Below are positions 16,823 through 26,842 of a stretch of DNA of 56,512 bases, piece by piece. The notes under the pieces are model-generated. The model did not search any database. It saw nothing but the letters and a program-made list of their open reading frames with translations, and was not told where the DNA came from. Position 1 is the stretch's first letter; every line of letters begins with the position of its first letter. This stretch comes from Candidatus Hadarchaeota archaeon (lineage in GTDB: Archaea; Hadarchaeota; Hadarchaeia; Hadarchaeales; Hadarchaeaceae): the NCBI GenBank assembly GCA_964514965.1, contig CAZETV010000002.1, forward strand, positions 188,545-245,056, read 5' to 3'. The position numbers were made by a program, and so were the translations under genes.

Positions 16823-17098
16823 GACGAATGAAGTTTTGCTAGACCCCTGTTGGTGTGGCGGGAGCGCGGCATAGAACTCCGATTTTTACCCGCTATAGGT
16901 GAACCTCCTCCCGTCTCTAACATGTCCAGCCTCCGAAATCTGGGTCAAGAGTTCCACCGGATGAAGTGAAAATGAACCCTAGAATAAAAGAGAGTCTAGC
17001 ATTTTTATCCGTTTTCATTTTTGAAATCCGAAACGAAAGTCGTTTTGTAAATCGAAAAAATACAAAAGGGCGCGCTGTGATTTTATAGCGGGATTAGA

Positions 17099-17407
17099 TT
17101 GGACGTGAAAACCTTGAACACACTGAAGGAACTTGAAAGGTCCGGCACGGTGCCGATACTCTTAGCCATAAGCCGACTGGGGAGAGGGAAATTTACCGAC
17201 ATCCATTACGAGAGCATCCGGATGGGCTTTAGGGTCGGGAGCGGTGTCGTCAGCAGGCGACTTGACCAGTTATGCGCTCTGGGATGGGTTCAAAAGATAA
17301 AGAATGAAGAAAGGAGTAAAGTTTTCACCCTAACCGAGAAGTGGTTAAGGCTAGCTAAAGCTATCAAGGAATTCATCCGAAGTTTAGAACGAAACAAAGT
17401 TGAGTAA
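17099..17407 (+). CDS. Small winged-HTH transcriptional regulator.
   Basis: 102 aa. Helix-turn-helix plus wing (VSRRLDQLCALGWVQKIKNEERSKVFTLTEKW). Confidence 0.45.
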   Translation: MDVKTLNTLKELERSGTVPILLAISRLGRGKFTDIHYESIRMGFRVGSGVVSRRLDQLCALGWVQKIKNEERSKVFTLTEKWLRLAKAIKEFIRSLERNKVE

Positions 17408-17450
17408 AATGAAACCGATGTTTTCCTGAGCGTTTTACCGCTGTCCTCAT

Positions 17451-18035
17451 TCAGGGCAACGACTCTACTAAGATGTCGGAGAGCAACCTCGACTTGACAT
17501 CGTGATCCGCCCCGATGAATAGGAGTCCTATCTCGTCGTCTTTTAGGGTGTCCCCGATCTCCCCTGCTATAAATGCATCGCGTGCGCGAAGGAGCTCACC
17601 CTTAACCTGATTATATCTGCGCTCGGCCTCAGCCCTCTCCTTACCCGTCCTAGCCTCGACGATCGCCTTGATGTGCTCGCGCTCCTTTTTCGATAGGTCT
17701 GGTTCCTCGGTGGCCTCGAGGGTCGCTCCCTTGCCGATTAATTTCCGAATGAGCTGGAAGTTCTTGCTCCCGGCATCTGCCACGGAGTTAACGATCTTCA
17801 TCCCGAGCTCCCCGCCGCACGGCAACCCGTCCTGATATATCCTGACGCGTGAATAATCCAGCCCGAGGGCATCCAGCTCGCGCTCGACCTCGCTCCAGAA
17901 TCGCTCAATCCTCCGCACATTCTCGATCCATCTCTGCTTCCCTAGCTTTGCGGCACTCACCCGCTCCAAGCTCTCGCGCACCGAGCCCATATCCTCCGGT
18001 GTGTGAACGATCGGTATGTACATAAGTTTTCTCAT
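17451..18035 (-). CDS. Hypothetical protein.
   Basis: 194 aa, no family recognised. Directly downstream (minus strand) of the Hsp20 pair. Confidence 0.35.
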   Translation of the reverse strand: MRKLMYIPIVHTPEDMGSVRESLERVSAAKLGKQRWIENVRRIERFWSEVERELDALGLDYSRVRIYQDGLPCGGELGMKIVNSVADAGSKNFQLIRKLIGKGATLEATEEPDLSKKEREHIKAIVEARTGKERAEAERRYNQVKGELLRARDAFIAGEIGDTLKDDEIGLLFIGADHDVKSRLLSDILVESLP

Positions 18036-18049
18036 CTGACCATCAAATT

Positions 18050-18595
18050 TCAGCTTTCCGTCCTAGCTTTCTTCAGCTTTATCTCGAGGACGCCATGCTT
18101 GTAGCTTGTCGTTAGCTCGCCGCTGACGGGGGCCGGGAGTTCCACCCGCTCGCTGCAGTTTCGATCCCCTCGCTCGGCTGAAATCGTCAATACCGTCCCT
18201 TTTGCCTCGGCTCTTATATCGTGCTCCTCGACGCCGGGGAGCTCCGCCACCACTCGCAGGTGGTCTCCTTCATCGAAGACATCCACGGGGGGTTCCGTCC
18301 TTTCGGGCTCTCTCGGTGCGATCTTTTTAATCGGTCCCCTTCGTGTGGTTCTCGGCTTCTCACCCTCGATGATGTGCTTGACCGAATAGCCGCTTTCCAC
18401 ATGCGGGCGCAGGCTTCGATGCACGCCCCCGCGTATGTTTTCCTCTATTTGTTCGTTGACTTCCCTAAACCTCTGCTGGAACGCTGGCGATTGTAGCGCG
18501 AGGTCGACCAGATTGCTTAATCCGAGCTCCCTCAGTACGCCTTCCGCCATGCCCTCGCTTTTCTCTTCGGGCCTTTTCTTCTTCGCCATTTTCAC
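18050..18595 (-). CDS. Hsp20/alpha-crystallin-domain protein with N-terminal extension (GvpH-like paralogue).
   Basis: PPVDVFDEGDHLRVVAELPGVEEHDIRAEAKGTVLTISAER...GVLEIKLKK. Confidence 0.7.
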   Translation of the reverse strand: MKMAKKKRPEEKSEGMAEGVLRELGLSNLVDLALQSPAFQQRFREVNEQIEENIRGGVHRSLRPHVESGYSVKHIIEGEKPRTTRRGPIKKIAPREPERTEPPVDVFDEGDHLRVVAELPGVEEHDIRAEAKGTVLTISAERGDRNCSERVELPAPVSGELTTSYKHGVLEIKLKKARTES

Positions 18596-19197
18596 TCTGC
18601 CTTCTTCTTGAGCTTTACCTCTAGAACGCCGTTCTTGTAAGTCGACTCGAGTTCGCCCGTCACAGCCGCAGGAAGCTCAATTTCCTTCGAGTACTTTCGC
18701 TCCTTGGTCTCCGCTGAAATTTTCAGCGTTCGCTCTTTTATCTCGGTCTTGATGTCTTTCTCTTCAACCCCAGGAAGTTCCGCGATCACCGTTATCTCCT
18801 TCTCGTTCTCGAAGATGTCGACGAGTGGCTCCCTAACTTCTGCGACACCTAGCTTGAGCGTTGGTTTAATCGTGCCAAACCTGCTGAGCACCGGACCCTT
18901 TGGGCCGATCTTGACGCTCACCCCATACATCCCGTGGGGCAGCCTCCTTCGCTCGACTGAAACACCCGCCTTCTCTAGCTCCTTCGCCTCCTCGGCCAGC
19001 TTGGTAACTTGGCCGATAAACTCGCCGATCCCTGCGAACAATCCGCCTAGGTTGAGCCCCCACTCGATCACTGGCTCTGGCTTCTTCTCGGGATCTTTCT
19101 CCTTTTTTTCCTCCACCATTTTTACATCCCTCCGAATCTCTATTTGGAATCCCCCATATATAAATGTTATCATTAGTGATGATATTTTTATAACCAA
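18592..19197 (-). CDS. Hsp20/alpha-crystallin-domain protein with N-terminal hydrophobic and Gly-rich segment (GvpH-like paralogue).
   Basis: REPLVDIFENEKEITVIAELPGVEEKDIKTEIKERTLKISAE...GVLEVKLKK. Stop overlaps the start of 18050..18595. Confidence 0.7.
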   Translation of the reverse strand: MVIKISSLMITFIYGGFQIEIRRDVKMVEEKKEKDPEKKPEPVIEWGLNLGGLFAGIGEFIGQVTKLAEEAKELEKAGVSVERRRLPHGMYGVSVKIGPKGPVLSRFGTIKPTLKLGVAEVREPLVDIFENEKEITVIAELPGVEEKDIKTEIKERTLKISAETKERKYSKEIELPAAVTGELESTYKNGVLEVKLKKKAE

Positions 19198-19199
19198 AA

Positions 19200-19598
19200 G
19201 TGATAAATATTAGAATGCGTTATTGTTATTTGGCGGTCAACATGGCAGTCTACCTGAGTCCTGAAGCCAGGCTTAAGCTCTGCAAGCTAATAGCGGACCG
19301 GATAAAGCGAGGGGATCTGAAGTTCTATGCAACTTTGAACAAGGTTGGGCTGAAGGGGCCGGCATTCTATGCGTACGTCGAGGGGCGAAGCGTGCCATCC
19401 GAGGAGGTCGTACCGAAGATAGTCTCTCTCGCCTTGGCGCTCGACCACGATGGGACGGTGAAGATTGTGGGGGAGGACCTGAAGGGGCTCACGGAGTTTG
19501 TCAATCAGATCTTGGGATTTGCCTCGGCGAGCATCTCTACCGTAGATCAAATCCTGGCGGGTATTATCGGGAGGACAAAGAAAAGGCCGAGGGGCTGA
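19200..19598 (+). CDS. Hypothetical protein (true start probably the internal Met near 19244).
   Basis: 132 aa, no family recognised. Confidence 0.3.
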   Translation: MINIRMRYCYLAVNMAVYLSPEARLKLCKLIADRIKRGDLKFYATLNKVGLKGPAFYAYVEGRSVPSEEVVPKIVSLALALDHDGTVKIVGEDLKGLTEFVNQILGFASASISTVDQILAGIIGRTKKRPRG

Positions 19599-19891
19599 GA
19601 AATAGTCTGGCTCTGTAAAGCACCATTTTTGAAGTGGCCAGCCCAGTGATTATTTGCCCAGGATTATCTCAATCGTTGACACGTTGGATTTCCCGCCTTC
19701 CTAGTCGTGATCTCCTCGATGCCAGTACGAATCTCCTTCACCTTAATACCCGAAAGGAACTGTCTTCTAGCTATCTCGGTGGCATCGACTGTCCAATCCC
19801 ACGAGGAAGAAAAGGCGCAAAGGCTGAAAGGTGGTACTCTATCCAATTTCTTTTTACTGGGAATTTTAATCCCGGCCATACAGCTTGCCCA

Positions 19892-20083
19892 TTAGCGCTT
19901 GAATTTCGCTATTTCTTCCGTCAGGTCTATGCTCGTGAGTATCGTACTCCTGCAACAGTAGCGCTTGATTCCCAACTCGTCGAGTACTCGCTTAGGCTCC
20001 TCCCCTCTTTTGACGCGCTGCTCGAACTCTTCGTACTTGTTGCCCAGCAGCTTGCCGCAAGTTATACAACGAACTACCCGCAT
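19892..20083 (-). CDS. rpoN: DNA-directed RNA polymerase subunit N (Rpb10).
   Basis: MRVVRCITCGKLLGNKYEEF... CxxC ... RYCCR. Follows rps9 as in the conserved archaeal cluster. The track ORF is extended upstream. Confidence 0.8.
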   Translation of the reverse strand: MRVVRCITCGKLLGNKYEEFEQRVKRGEEPKRVLDELGIKRYCCRSTILTSIDLTEEIAKFKR

Positions 20084-20087
20084 GCAA

Positions 20088-20486
20088 TCACCTGTAGCTC
20101 TTCTGATATTTTGCGCGCGCGCCGGGCCCTCCCGGTTTTTTGGGCTCCTTGAAGCGCACATCGCTCTTTATCAAAGTCCAGTCGTGCTGCTTAAAAAGCT
20201 CACGTACTTCAGGGGCACCCGACCACTCGATGAGTCCTCTGGCGATAGCCGTGCGAACGGCATCAGCCTGCCCCATGAAACCCCCACCCTCGACGCTAAC
20301 CTCGATGTCAACGCGACGTGCGAGCTCGGGCACTAAAGCCAATGGCTCAAAAATCTTGCGTCGCGCGAGTTCCGGTTCGTAAACCTCGAGCGCGCAGCGG
20401 TTGACAAAAACTTGCCCTTTACCATCCCTAACTCTGGCCCTAGCAAGTGCAGCCTTACGTCTGCCAGTTGCGAGTACAACCTTCAT
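20088..20486 (-). CDS. rps9: 30S ribosomal protein S9.
   Basis: GRRKAALARARV ... KYQKSYR C-terminus. Confidence 0.9.
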   Translation of the reverse strand: MKVVLATGRRKAALARARVRDGKGQVFVNRCALEVYEPELARRKIFEPLALVPELARRVDIEVSVEGGGFMGQADAVRTAIARGLIEWSGAPEVRELFKQHDWTLIKSDVRFKEPKKPGGPGARAKYQKSYR

Positions 20487-20920
20487 CAGAATCTCGCTCC
20501 TAAGTGTTTGCTGAGGTTCTCAACTCTTATAAAACGTCGTGTGCCGAGCCGCTTAAGGCTGGCTTCAGGCAAATCTTGTATTTCCTTGCCGGCGAGCTCT
20601 TGTGGCACCCCGATGTAAACACGGAGGCGATGATAGGCCGACCGCCCTTTAGGTTTGTCGAAGGGCAGCATTCCTCTAATAGCCCGACGTACGAGTTCCT
20701 CAGGGCGCTTAAGATGGAAAGGCCCCTTGCGGGGGTTAGTAAGGTTTCGAACCTCAAGCCAAGCATCGTAAACGCCAAAGGTAGCTTCTTTTCTACCGGA
20801 AACTACGATCTTTTCGGAGTTCACCACAATCACATGTTCACCATCGAGCAGACGTTTCGCCACGAAGCTCGCGAGCCTCCCCAAGACCAAATCCTCTCCA
20901 TCAATTATCACGTTTCTCAC
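20486..20920 (-). CDS. rpl13: 50S ribosomal protein L13.
   Basis: IIDGEDLVLGRLASFVAKRLL...; synteny. Confidence 0.85.
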   Translation of the reverse strand: MRNVIIDGEDLVLGRLASFVAKRLLDGEHVIVVNSEKIVVSGRKEATFGVYDAWLEVRNLTNPRKGPFHLKRPEELVRRAIRGMLPFDKPKGRSAYHRLRVYIGVPQELAGKEIQDLPEASLKRLGTRRFIRVENLSKHLGARF

Positions 20921-21282
20921 TCCATCAGTTTGATGTCTTTGCCATTCGGGTTTTGCTCGAATAGCTGTTGAATAGTCAGAACATTACCGCCAGCGGTCAC
21001 TATTTTTCGTCTAGCCGCGCCCGAGAACTTAAAAGCAGCAACGGAGATTGCGTGATTCAATTTGCCAGCAGCTAAGACCTTGCCAGGTACGACAATTGTG
21101 CTCCCCTCGCCAGAATAACGGTTCAGCTGGCTAAGATTGACTTCTGCCCGAGCTCGGCGAGGCTGCTCGAGACGCTCCGCTAAATCACGCCAAAGACTTA
21201 CCTTTTGCTTTTTACCTCTTGCCCGAAGCTCTCTCACGAGCCTTCGCAGCACGGGGTTCGTTGGTCCTGTTGGTCTCGGCAT
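20917..21282 (-). CDS. rpl18e: 50S ribosomal protein L18e.
   Basis: NPVLRRLVRELRARGKK...WRDLAERL; synteny with L13/S9. Confidence 0.8.
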   Translation of the reverse strand: MPRPTGPTNPVLRRLVRELRARGKKQKVSLWRDLAERLEQPRRARAEVNLSQLNRYSGEGSTIVVPGKVLAAGKLNHAISVAAFKFSGAARRKIVTAGGNVLTIQQLFEQNPNGKDIKLME

Positions 21283-21437
21283 TTAGACACCTCAAACAGT
21301 TGACACATTTTCTAGCTTCCTTAAAATAAACCTATGGTGGTGCGAGCGGAAAGGGGTTAAGCACAAATCACGAACTCTTTTGGAGTCGCTGTTGCAAGAG
21401 TCCGGCTATCCGTTTGAATAAGCGTGAAACGAAAAGA

Positions 21438-23063
21438 TTAAGTTTTGATTCTTTTAGCGAGAGCTGCTTTGATAAAAGCGCTGAACACTGACGCTGGTCT
21501 AGCTGGTCTTGACTTGTACTCTGGATGAAATTGGGTGGCCAAGAAGAACGGATGCTTTGAGAGTTCTAGAATCTCCATGCGTCTCCTGTCGGGCGATTTT
21601 CCCGAGAAAACTAGCCCAGCTTTGCTTAACTTATCTATATAGCACGGATTAACTTCGTAGCGATGTCTGTGTCGCTCGGAAATTCGCTCGCTTCTGTAAA
21701 TCTTGAAAGCTTTCGTCCCCTTAGTGATACGCACTTCATGCGCTCCGAGCCTCATCGTTCCACCCATCTCTTTGACCTTCTTCTGTTCGGGGAGAAGATC
21801 GATTACGGGGTGAGAAGTTCTAGAATCTATCTCTGCGCTGGCGGCCCGCTTCAAACCCAAGACGTTTCTAGCGAATTCTACGACCGCAAGCTGGAAACCA
21901 AAGCATAAACCTAAGAAGGGTATCGAGTGTTTGCGCGAATAACCTATCGCAGCTATTTTTCCTTCAACCCCCCGCGAACCGAACCCGCCCGGCACAAGGA
22001 CGCCATTGTACGCGGTCAATGTTTCAAGTTTATCTTTGCATTCTTCGTACGTCTCAGCATCTATCCAATCTATCTCGACTCTACAATCGTGCCAACCTGC
22101 AGCGTGCTTAAGGGCTTCATTTATGCTTAAGTAAGTGTCCGCGAACTTGATGTATTTTCCAACCATCGCGATTTTCACAACTCTCTGCGCGCGCTCCATA
22201 CGGTCAACAATTTTTTTCCATCCCTCGAGATTCCTCTCCTTTAGCGGGAGATTTAGCCTTTCCAGTAACTTAGTGCATAGGCCCTCTTTCTCAAGCCAAA
22301 GAGGTACTCTATAAATATTTTCAACATCAGGAGCACTTACCACGGCACCTTCCGGGACGTTGCAGAATAGTGAGATCTTCCGCTTCGCCTCTTCATCGAG
22401 AGGTTTCTCCGCCCTGCAAACGATGACATCAGGTGTTATGCCGATTTCGAGAAGCTCCTTGACCGAGTGCTGGGTGGGTTTGGTCTTTTGTTCGCCCACC
22501 ACATTTAGCACTGGCACCAATGTGACATGAACGAAAATCACGTTAGTCTGTCCTTCCTCAAGCCTCAACTGCCGAACAGCCTCAAGGAAAGGCATACTCT
22601 CGATATCTCCCACCGTGCCCCCAATTTCAACCAAGCAAATGTCTGCTCCGCTTTTCTTCGCGACTTGCCGAATGCGATTTTTGATCACATCGGTGACGTG
22701 AGGGATTATCTGAACCGTACGACCCAAGTAGTCGCCTTTTCGCTCTTTCCTTATTACCTCGTCATAAATCTGCCCAGTTGTGATATTGTGATCTTTTGTC
22801 AGATTGATGTCTAGGAAACGTTCATAGTGCCCCATGTCCAAATCTATCTCGCCTCCATCCTCAGTCACGAAAATTTCACCGTGCTCAAAAGGGTTCATAG
22901 TCCCCGCGTCGACATTTAGATAAGGATCGATTTTGATTGCTGTGATTTCAAATTTGCACGATTGAAGTAGCTTTCCTATCGAGGCCGCGGTTATACCTTT
23001 CCCAAGACCGCTAATCACCCCGCCAGTAACGACGATATATTTCATCCGCTCACCTACGTACAT
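21438..23063 (-). CDS. pyrG: CTP synthase (glutamine-hydrolysing).
   Basis: [24 protein letters not shown]... plus C-terminal class I GATase (GLCFGFQ). Confidence 0.95.
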   Translation of the reverse strand: MYVGERMKYIVVTGGVISGLGKGITAASIGKLLQSCKFEITAIKIDPYLNVDAGTMNPFEHGEIFVTEDGGEIDLDMGHYERFLDINLTKDHNITTGQIYDEVIRKERKGDYLGRTVQIIPHVTDVIKNRIRQVAKKSGADICLVEIGGTVGDIESMPFLEAVRQLRLEEGQTNVIFVHVTLVPVLNVVGEQKTKPTQHSVKELLEIGITPDVIVCRAEKPLDEEAKRKISLFCNVPEGAVVSAPDVENIYRVPLWLEKEGLCTKLLERLNLPLKERNLEGWKKIVDRMERAQRVVKIAMVGKYIKFADTYLSINEALKHAAGWHDCRVEIDWIDAETYEECKDKLETLTAYNGVLVPGGFGSRGVEGKIAAIGYSRKHSIPFLGLCFGFQLAVVEFARNVLGLKRAASAEIDSRTSHPVIDLLPEQKKVKEMGGTMRLGAHEVRITKGTKAFKIYRSERISERHRHRYEVNPCYIDKLSKAGLVFSGKSPDRRRMEILELSKHPFFLATQFHPEYKSRPARPASVFSAFIKAALAKRIKT

Positions 23064-23151
23064 CCAATATTTTCCTTTACGCTTTTAAATCCATAAATAT
23101 CGAGGCAATGTTTGATGGTGCACCACACATTTTTTCTCCAACCACATAAAA

Positions 23152-24660
23152 TCACGAAGTTTCATATATCCTCCCGATTTCCCTCTCTCCCTTATCAAAT
23201 CTAGCTTTCATCTCATCTGCCAGTTTTTGTGCGAGCGCTGTTGGATACCGGCAGGTGAGACAGCCAAGGCAAAGTTCATTCCTCCCCAAACCCGTTGCTT
23301 TGACGAAATTTTCAAGCGATTGATAGTGCACCGAATCTGCCCCGATGATCTTCGCCACTCCGGCCGCATCATTATTCGCCCCAATCAGCTCGCCGAAAGT
23401 CGCCATGTCAATACCATAGAAGCACGGAGATATTATCCGCGGGAAGGTGATATACATGTGCACCTCTTTCGCCCCCGCCTCCCTAATCTTTTTAATCACC
23501 CTACGGCAGGTGTCGCCCCTCACGATAGAATCCTCGACTACTGCAACTCGTTTTCCCTTTATCTCGCGCCCCACATTCAATTTCTTAGTTATTATCGTCT
23601 CGCGCTCTTTGGACTTGACGATGAACGCACGATCCGTCACATAACGGTGCCTCCTCAGTGCCCGTTCCCAAGGGATTCCTGTTTGTTCGTGCAACCCATA
23701 AGTCGCGTCGTCACCGGTCTCTGGTATCGAAACTACGACTTCAGCTTTCTTCGCTATGTCTGGGTCTTCCTTCCCCAGATTCCTCCCGAAAGCTTCCCTA
23801 ATTTTGTACACGGGCTTAGTGCCGTTTAAAACTGAATCAGGTCTAGCAAAATATGCAAACTCAAAACTACAGAAAGCTCGCTTTTCACATTTAACAATCT
23901 GCTCTCGTTTAAAGCCTTCCTTAGACCAAGTCAGCAGTTCACCCGGTTTCACCTCGGACTCATACCGAAAATTATTGATTCTTAGACCAACGTTCTCCGA
24001 GGCCACCGCGAAAACCGCATTGTCCTCGCTGCACCCGTAACAGAGAGGTTTTATCCCCAAAGGATCCCTAAATGCGAAAAAATCTCCATCTTGATTCAAC
24101 CCAATGACGGAAAAAGACCCCTCCACTTCTCGCATACAATCAGATACGGCGGAGGCCAAATCGGAGCCATTCAACCCATGCATCAATTTTTTGGCGATCA
24201 GCTCCACATCCGATGAGGAGGATAGACCCCCAAACTCCGATTTGAACTCCGCCTTGAGCTGTGCGACATTGACGAGGTTACCATTATACGCGAGACCAAT
24301 CTTGGCTTTCGCATCACCCACGATGAATGGTTGGGCATCCCCCCAAAGCCGTTGTTTAGCGTCCCTGCCAGAGGTGACATACCTAACGTGTCCTATGCCA
24401 GTGCTCCCTCCAAGTTTCTTGAATAACCTCTGAATGAGAGGATGTCTTACGGGCGGCAAAAGACCCAGTCCGTGGTGCAGCCTAAACCCTTCGGCGGACG
24501 TGAGGAAACCGTAAGAATGATGCCCACGGTGGTTTTGGGATATCAACCCCCAATAGATATAAGGGATTACCGGTCTGCTATCGAAACTATAGGCTCCGAA
24601 GACTCCACAGGATTCTCCTAGCGAATCAGACATGGCAACAAAGTTAGAGCCAGGCGACAT
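23152..24660 (-). CDS. purF: Amidophosphoribosyltransferase.
   Basis: N-terminal CGVFG Ntn-GATase, PRTase motif VVEDSIVRGDT, C-terminal Fe-S cysteines. Confidence 0.9.
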   Translation of the reverse strand: MSPGSNFVAMSDSLGESCGVFGAYSFDSRPVIPYIYWGLISQNHRGHHSYGFLTSAEGFRLHHGLGLLPPVRHPLIQRLFKKLGGSTGIGHVRYVTSGRDAKQRLWGDAQPFIVGDAKAKIGLAYNGNLVNVAQLKAEFKSEFGGLSSSSDVELIAKKLMHGLNGSDLASAVSDCMREVEGSFSVIGLNQDGDFFAFRDPLGIKPLCYGCSEDNAVFAVASENVGLRINNFRYESEVKPGELLTWSKEGFKREQIVKCEKRAFCSFEFAYFARPDSVLNGTKPVYKIREAFGRNLGKEDPDIAKKAEVVVSIPETGDDATYGLHEQTGIPWERALRRHRYVTDRAFIVKSKERETIITKKLNVGREIKGKRVAVVEDSIVRGDTCRRVIKKIREAGAKEVHMYITFPRIISPCFYGIDMATFGELIGANNDAAGVAKIIGADSVHYQSLENFVKATGLGRNELCLGCLTCRYPTALAQKLADEMKARFDKGEREIGRIYETS

Positions 24661-24663
24661 TTG

Positions 24664-25788
24664 TCATCTCCTTTTATTTTTCAACATCTCAACGAAGCGG
24701 TCAAAAAGGTACTGATTATCCTGCGGTCCTGGGGAGCCTTCCGGATGATATTGCACGGAGAAAACAGGGAGTTCCTCGTGATCGATTCCTTCAACCGTGC
24801 CGTCGTTGCAGTTGATTTTTGTAACTTTGAATCCAGTACCTTGTAGGCTTTCCGCGTCAATCGCAAAACCGTGGTTCTGCGCGGTTATGTGAACTTTCCC
24901 AGTTTGAAGGTCCTTAACTGGCTGATTAGTCCCGCGATGTCCAAACTTGAGTTTAAAAGTCTTCGTTCCAGCAGCCAAAGCCAAAATTTGATTACCCAAA
25001 CATATACCCATAATCGGATATTTTTCCATTAGTTGCCCAACGGTCTTGTGGAGGTGGGTCAAAACCGCTGGGTCACCCGGGCCATTTGATATCACGATGC
25101 CATCTGGCTCCAATGCCTCAATTTGGCTCACGTCCATCGTTGCGGGAACAGCGATTACTGAGAGTCCTCTTTTGACTAGACTTCTGAGGATACTTCTTTT
25201 AACTCCGCAGTCGATGAGCACGATTTTTAACTTACCCCCATTGCCAAATCTGTTTATTTCCTTCCGAGTTGTTTCCCCAACCAAGTCCTGCTCTGAAATG
25301 TCTGGATGCTTCCTAACCTTTTCAAGCAACTCTTCGACATGGGGCTCTTTACCTTCATAAGTAACCATGCCGCATTTCATCGTGCCATATTTTCTAACCT
25401 TGATCGTTAACGCGCGAGTATCCACGCTCATGATGCCAGGAATCTTGAATTCCTCCAAGAACTCTTCGAGCTTTTTTGTTCCCTTCCAATGAGATGGCTC
25501 CTCGCAGAGTTCCCTGAGTACCAATCCCTTAACCCAAATTCTATCTGACTCGAACCAATCGGGATGCACTTTGTAGTTCCCAATCAACGGATAGGTAAAC
25601 ATCAGGATTTGCCCATTGTAAGAAGGGTCCGTCAAAGACTCAACGTAGCCTGTCATCGATGTGTTGAAAACGATTTCACCAAGCGCTTCCCTTTTAGCTC
25701 CTAATCCCGCTCCCCTGAATACTGTTCCATCTTCGAGCACTAGCATCGCTTTAATGTTCTCGCTCAGATTTGAGTGGTGGGATTTCAA
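24664..25788 (-). CDS. carA: Carbamoyl-phosphate synthase small (glutaminase) subunit.
   Basis: LVLEDGTVFRGAGLGA... GICLGNQILALAAG...HGFA. No carB adjacent. Confidence 0.9.
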   Translation of the reverse strand: MKSHHSNLSENIKAMLVLEDGTVFRGAGLGAKREALGEIVFNTSMTGYVESLTDPSYNGQILMFTYPLIGNYKVHPDWFESDRIWVKGLVLRELCEEPSHWKGTKKLEEFLEEFKIPGIMSVDTRALTIKVRKYGTMKCGMVTYEGKEPHVEELLEKVRKHPDISEQDLVGETTRKEINRFGNGGKLKIVLIDCGVKRSILRSLVKRGLSVIAVPATMDVSQIEALEPDGIVISNGPGDPAVLTHLHKTVGQLMEKYPIMGICLGNQILALAAGTKTFKLKFGHRGTNQPVKDLQTGKVHITAQNHGFAIDAESLQGTGFKVTKINCNDGTVEGIDHEELPVFSVQYHPEGSPGPQDNQYLFDRFVEMLKNKRR

Positions 25789-26771
25789 ATTTTTTTCAAC
25801 TCCTTAACAGAGATGAGGCAGTGCGGTGCAAATGTTTCGATCTTGGCTCCGCGTTCTTTCATGATGACAGCGGGTATCAACCCACCAACCATAGAAATTC
25901 CAACTCTGTCCATGCTTACTGGAATACCCAGAATGGCTTCATTGGGCTTACCAAAGGCTAAGATTCCACCCCATCCTTTATCTTTTAGGTTTGAAATCAC
26001 TCGTTGCGTAGCATCCCCCGCAGTCATTGGAAGCTCTCTTAAACCAGCGGTTAACATCCCAGAACCGGTCTTGAGGACGCTATCTATTGAAGTCATGCCC
26101 CTGTAAACGAACACCTCCAGAGGCGGTATTGTTGTTCCATTGTAGGAAATCAGCTCCACGAAGCGGATGGGTTTGTATTTCAAAAATTGAACCAGACCTC
26201 CATAAGTAGGGATTATCGGAATACCTGAGTGCATAAGGACGCCATCTATTGTAAGATTGCAAACGGTAAAAATAGCTATTTGCCCTTTTGGAACGGATAT
26301 TTCGCCATGTTCTTCTCCTTCATCCAACACTTTGATGTAAGGAGCCAACAGGAGATCCTTTTCGTGGAGGGAATCCAAGACCTTGAGAACCCGATCGTGA
26401 AGGGCCTTGTCCACGAAGGAAACATTAGCGACCACCTTTCCTTTATCACTCCTAGGTTCGTAAGTCACAGTATACGCTAAAGATAGGAAACGCGTGGTAA
26501 CGAAGCCCACTCTTTCATAAGCTAACGCCCTGCCAAGCTCTTTTAGTCCCTCCTGAGTTATCGTTCTCCCACTCCGATCATGCCCATGAATGAGACCTCT
26601 AGCTTGTAATAATTGAAGGTGATATCTTATCGCCCTCTCGCTGAGCAGAAAACCTCTTCTCCTCAGTTCTCGGCTAAGCATCGTAGAGCCTAAGGGTTTA
26701 TCATGCCCGCTCAAAGCCTTTAAAATCTCAATCTCCTTCCTGTTGCTCTCGTTCTGCCCAGAATCAAGCAT
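25785..26771 (-). CDS. nrpR: NrpR-like nitrogen regulatory repressor (wHTH plus one NRD/DUF128 domain).
   Basis: ILKALSGHDKPLGSTMLSRELRRRGFLLSERAIRYHLQLLQARGLI... Paralogue of 38452..39453. Heads the nrpR-carA-purF-pyrG string, divergent from glnA. Confidence 0.65.
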   Translation of the reverse strand: MLDSGQNESNRKEIEILKALSGHDKPLGSTMLSRELRRRGFLLSERAIRYHLQLLQARGLIHGHDRSGRTITQEGLKELGRALAYERVGFVTTRFLSLAYTVTYEPRSDKGKVVANVSFVDKALHDRVLKVLDSLHEKDLLLAPYIKVLDEGEEHGEISVPKGQIAIFTVCNLTIDGVLMHSGIPIIPTYGGLVQFLKYKPIRFVELISYNGTTIPPLEVFVYRGMTSIDSVLKTGSGMLTAGLRELPMTAGDATQRVISNLKDKGWGGILAFGKPNEAILGIPVSMDRVGISMVGGLIPAVIMKERGAKIETFAPHCLISVKELKKI

Positions 26772-26807
26772 GCCCTACCCGAAAATCACTACAACCTCTA
26801 CCCTTAA

Positions 26808-26827
26808 ATAGGTAAACGGCTACCTAT
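26808..26827. promoter_or_regulatory. Perfect inverted repeat ATAGGTA-N6-TACCTAT in the 71-bp divergent nrpR/glnA intergenic region. Candidate operator.
   Basis: ataggtaaacggctacctat, 16 nt upstream of the glnA ATG. Confidence 0.45.
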
Positions 26828-26842
26828 TACCGAGGATAGACC

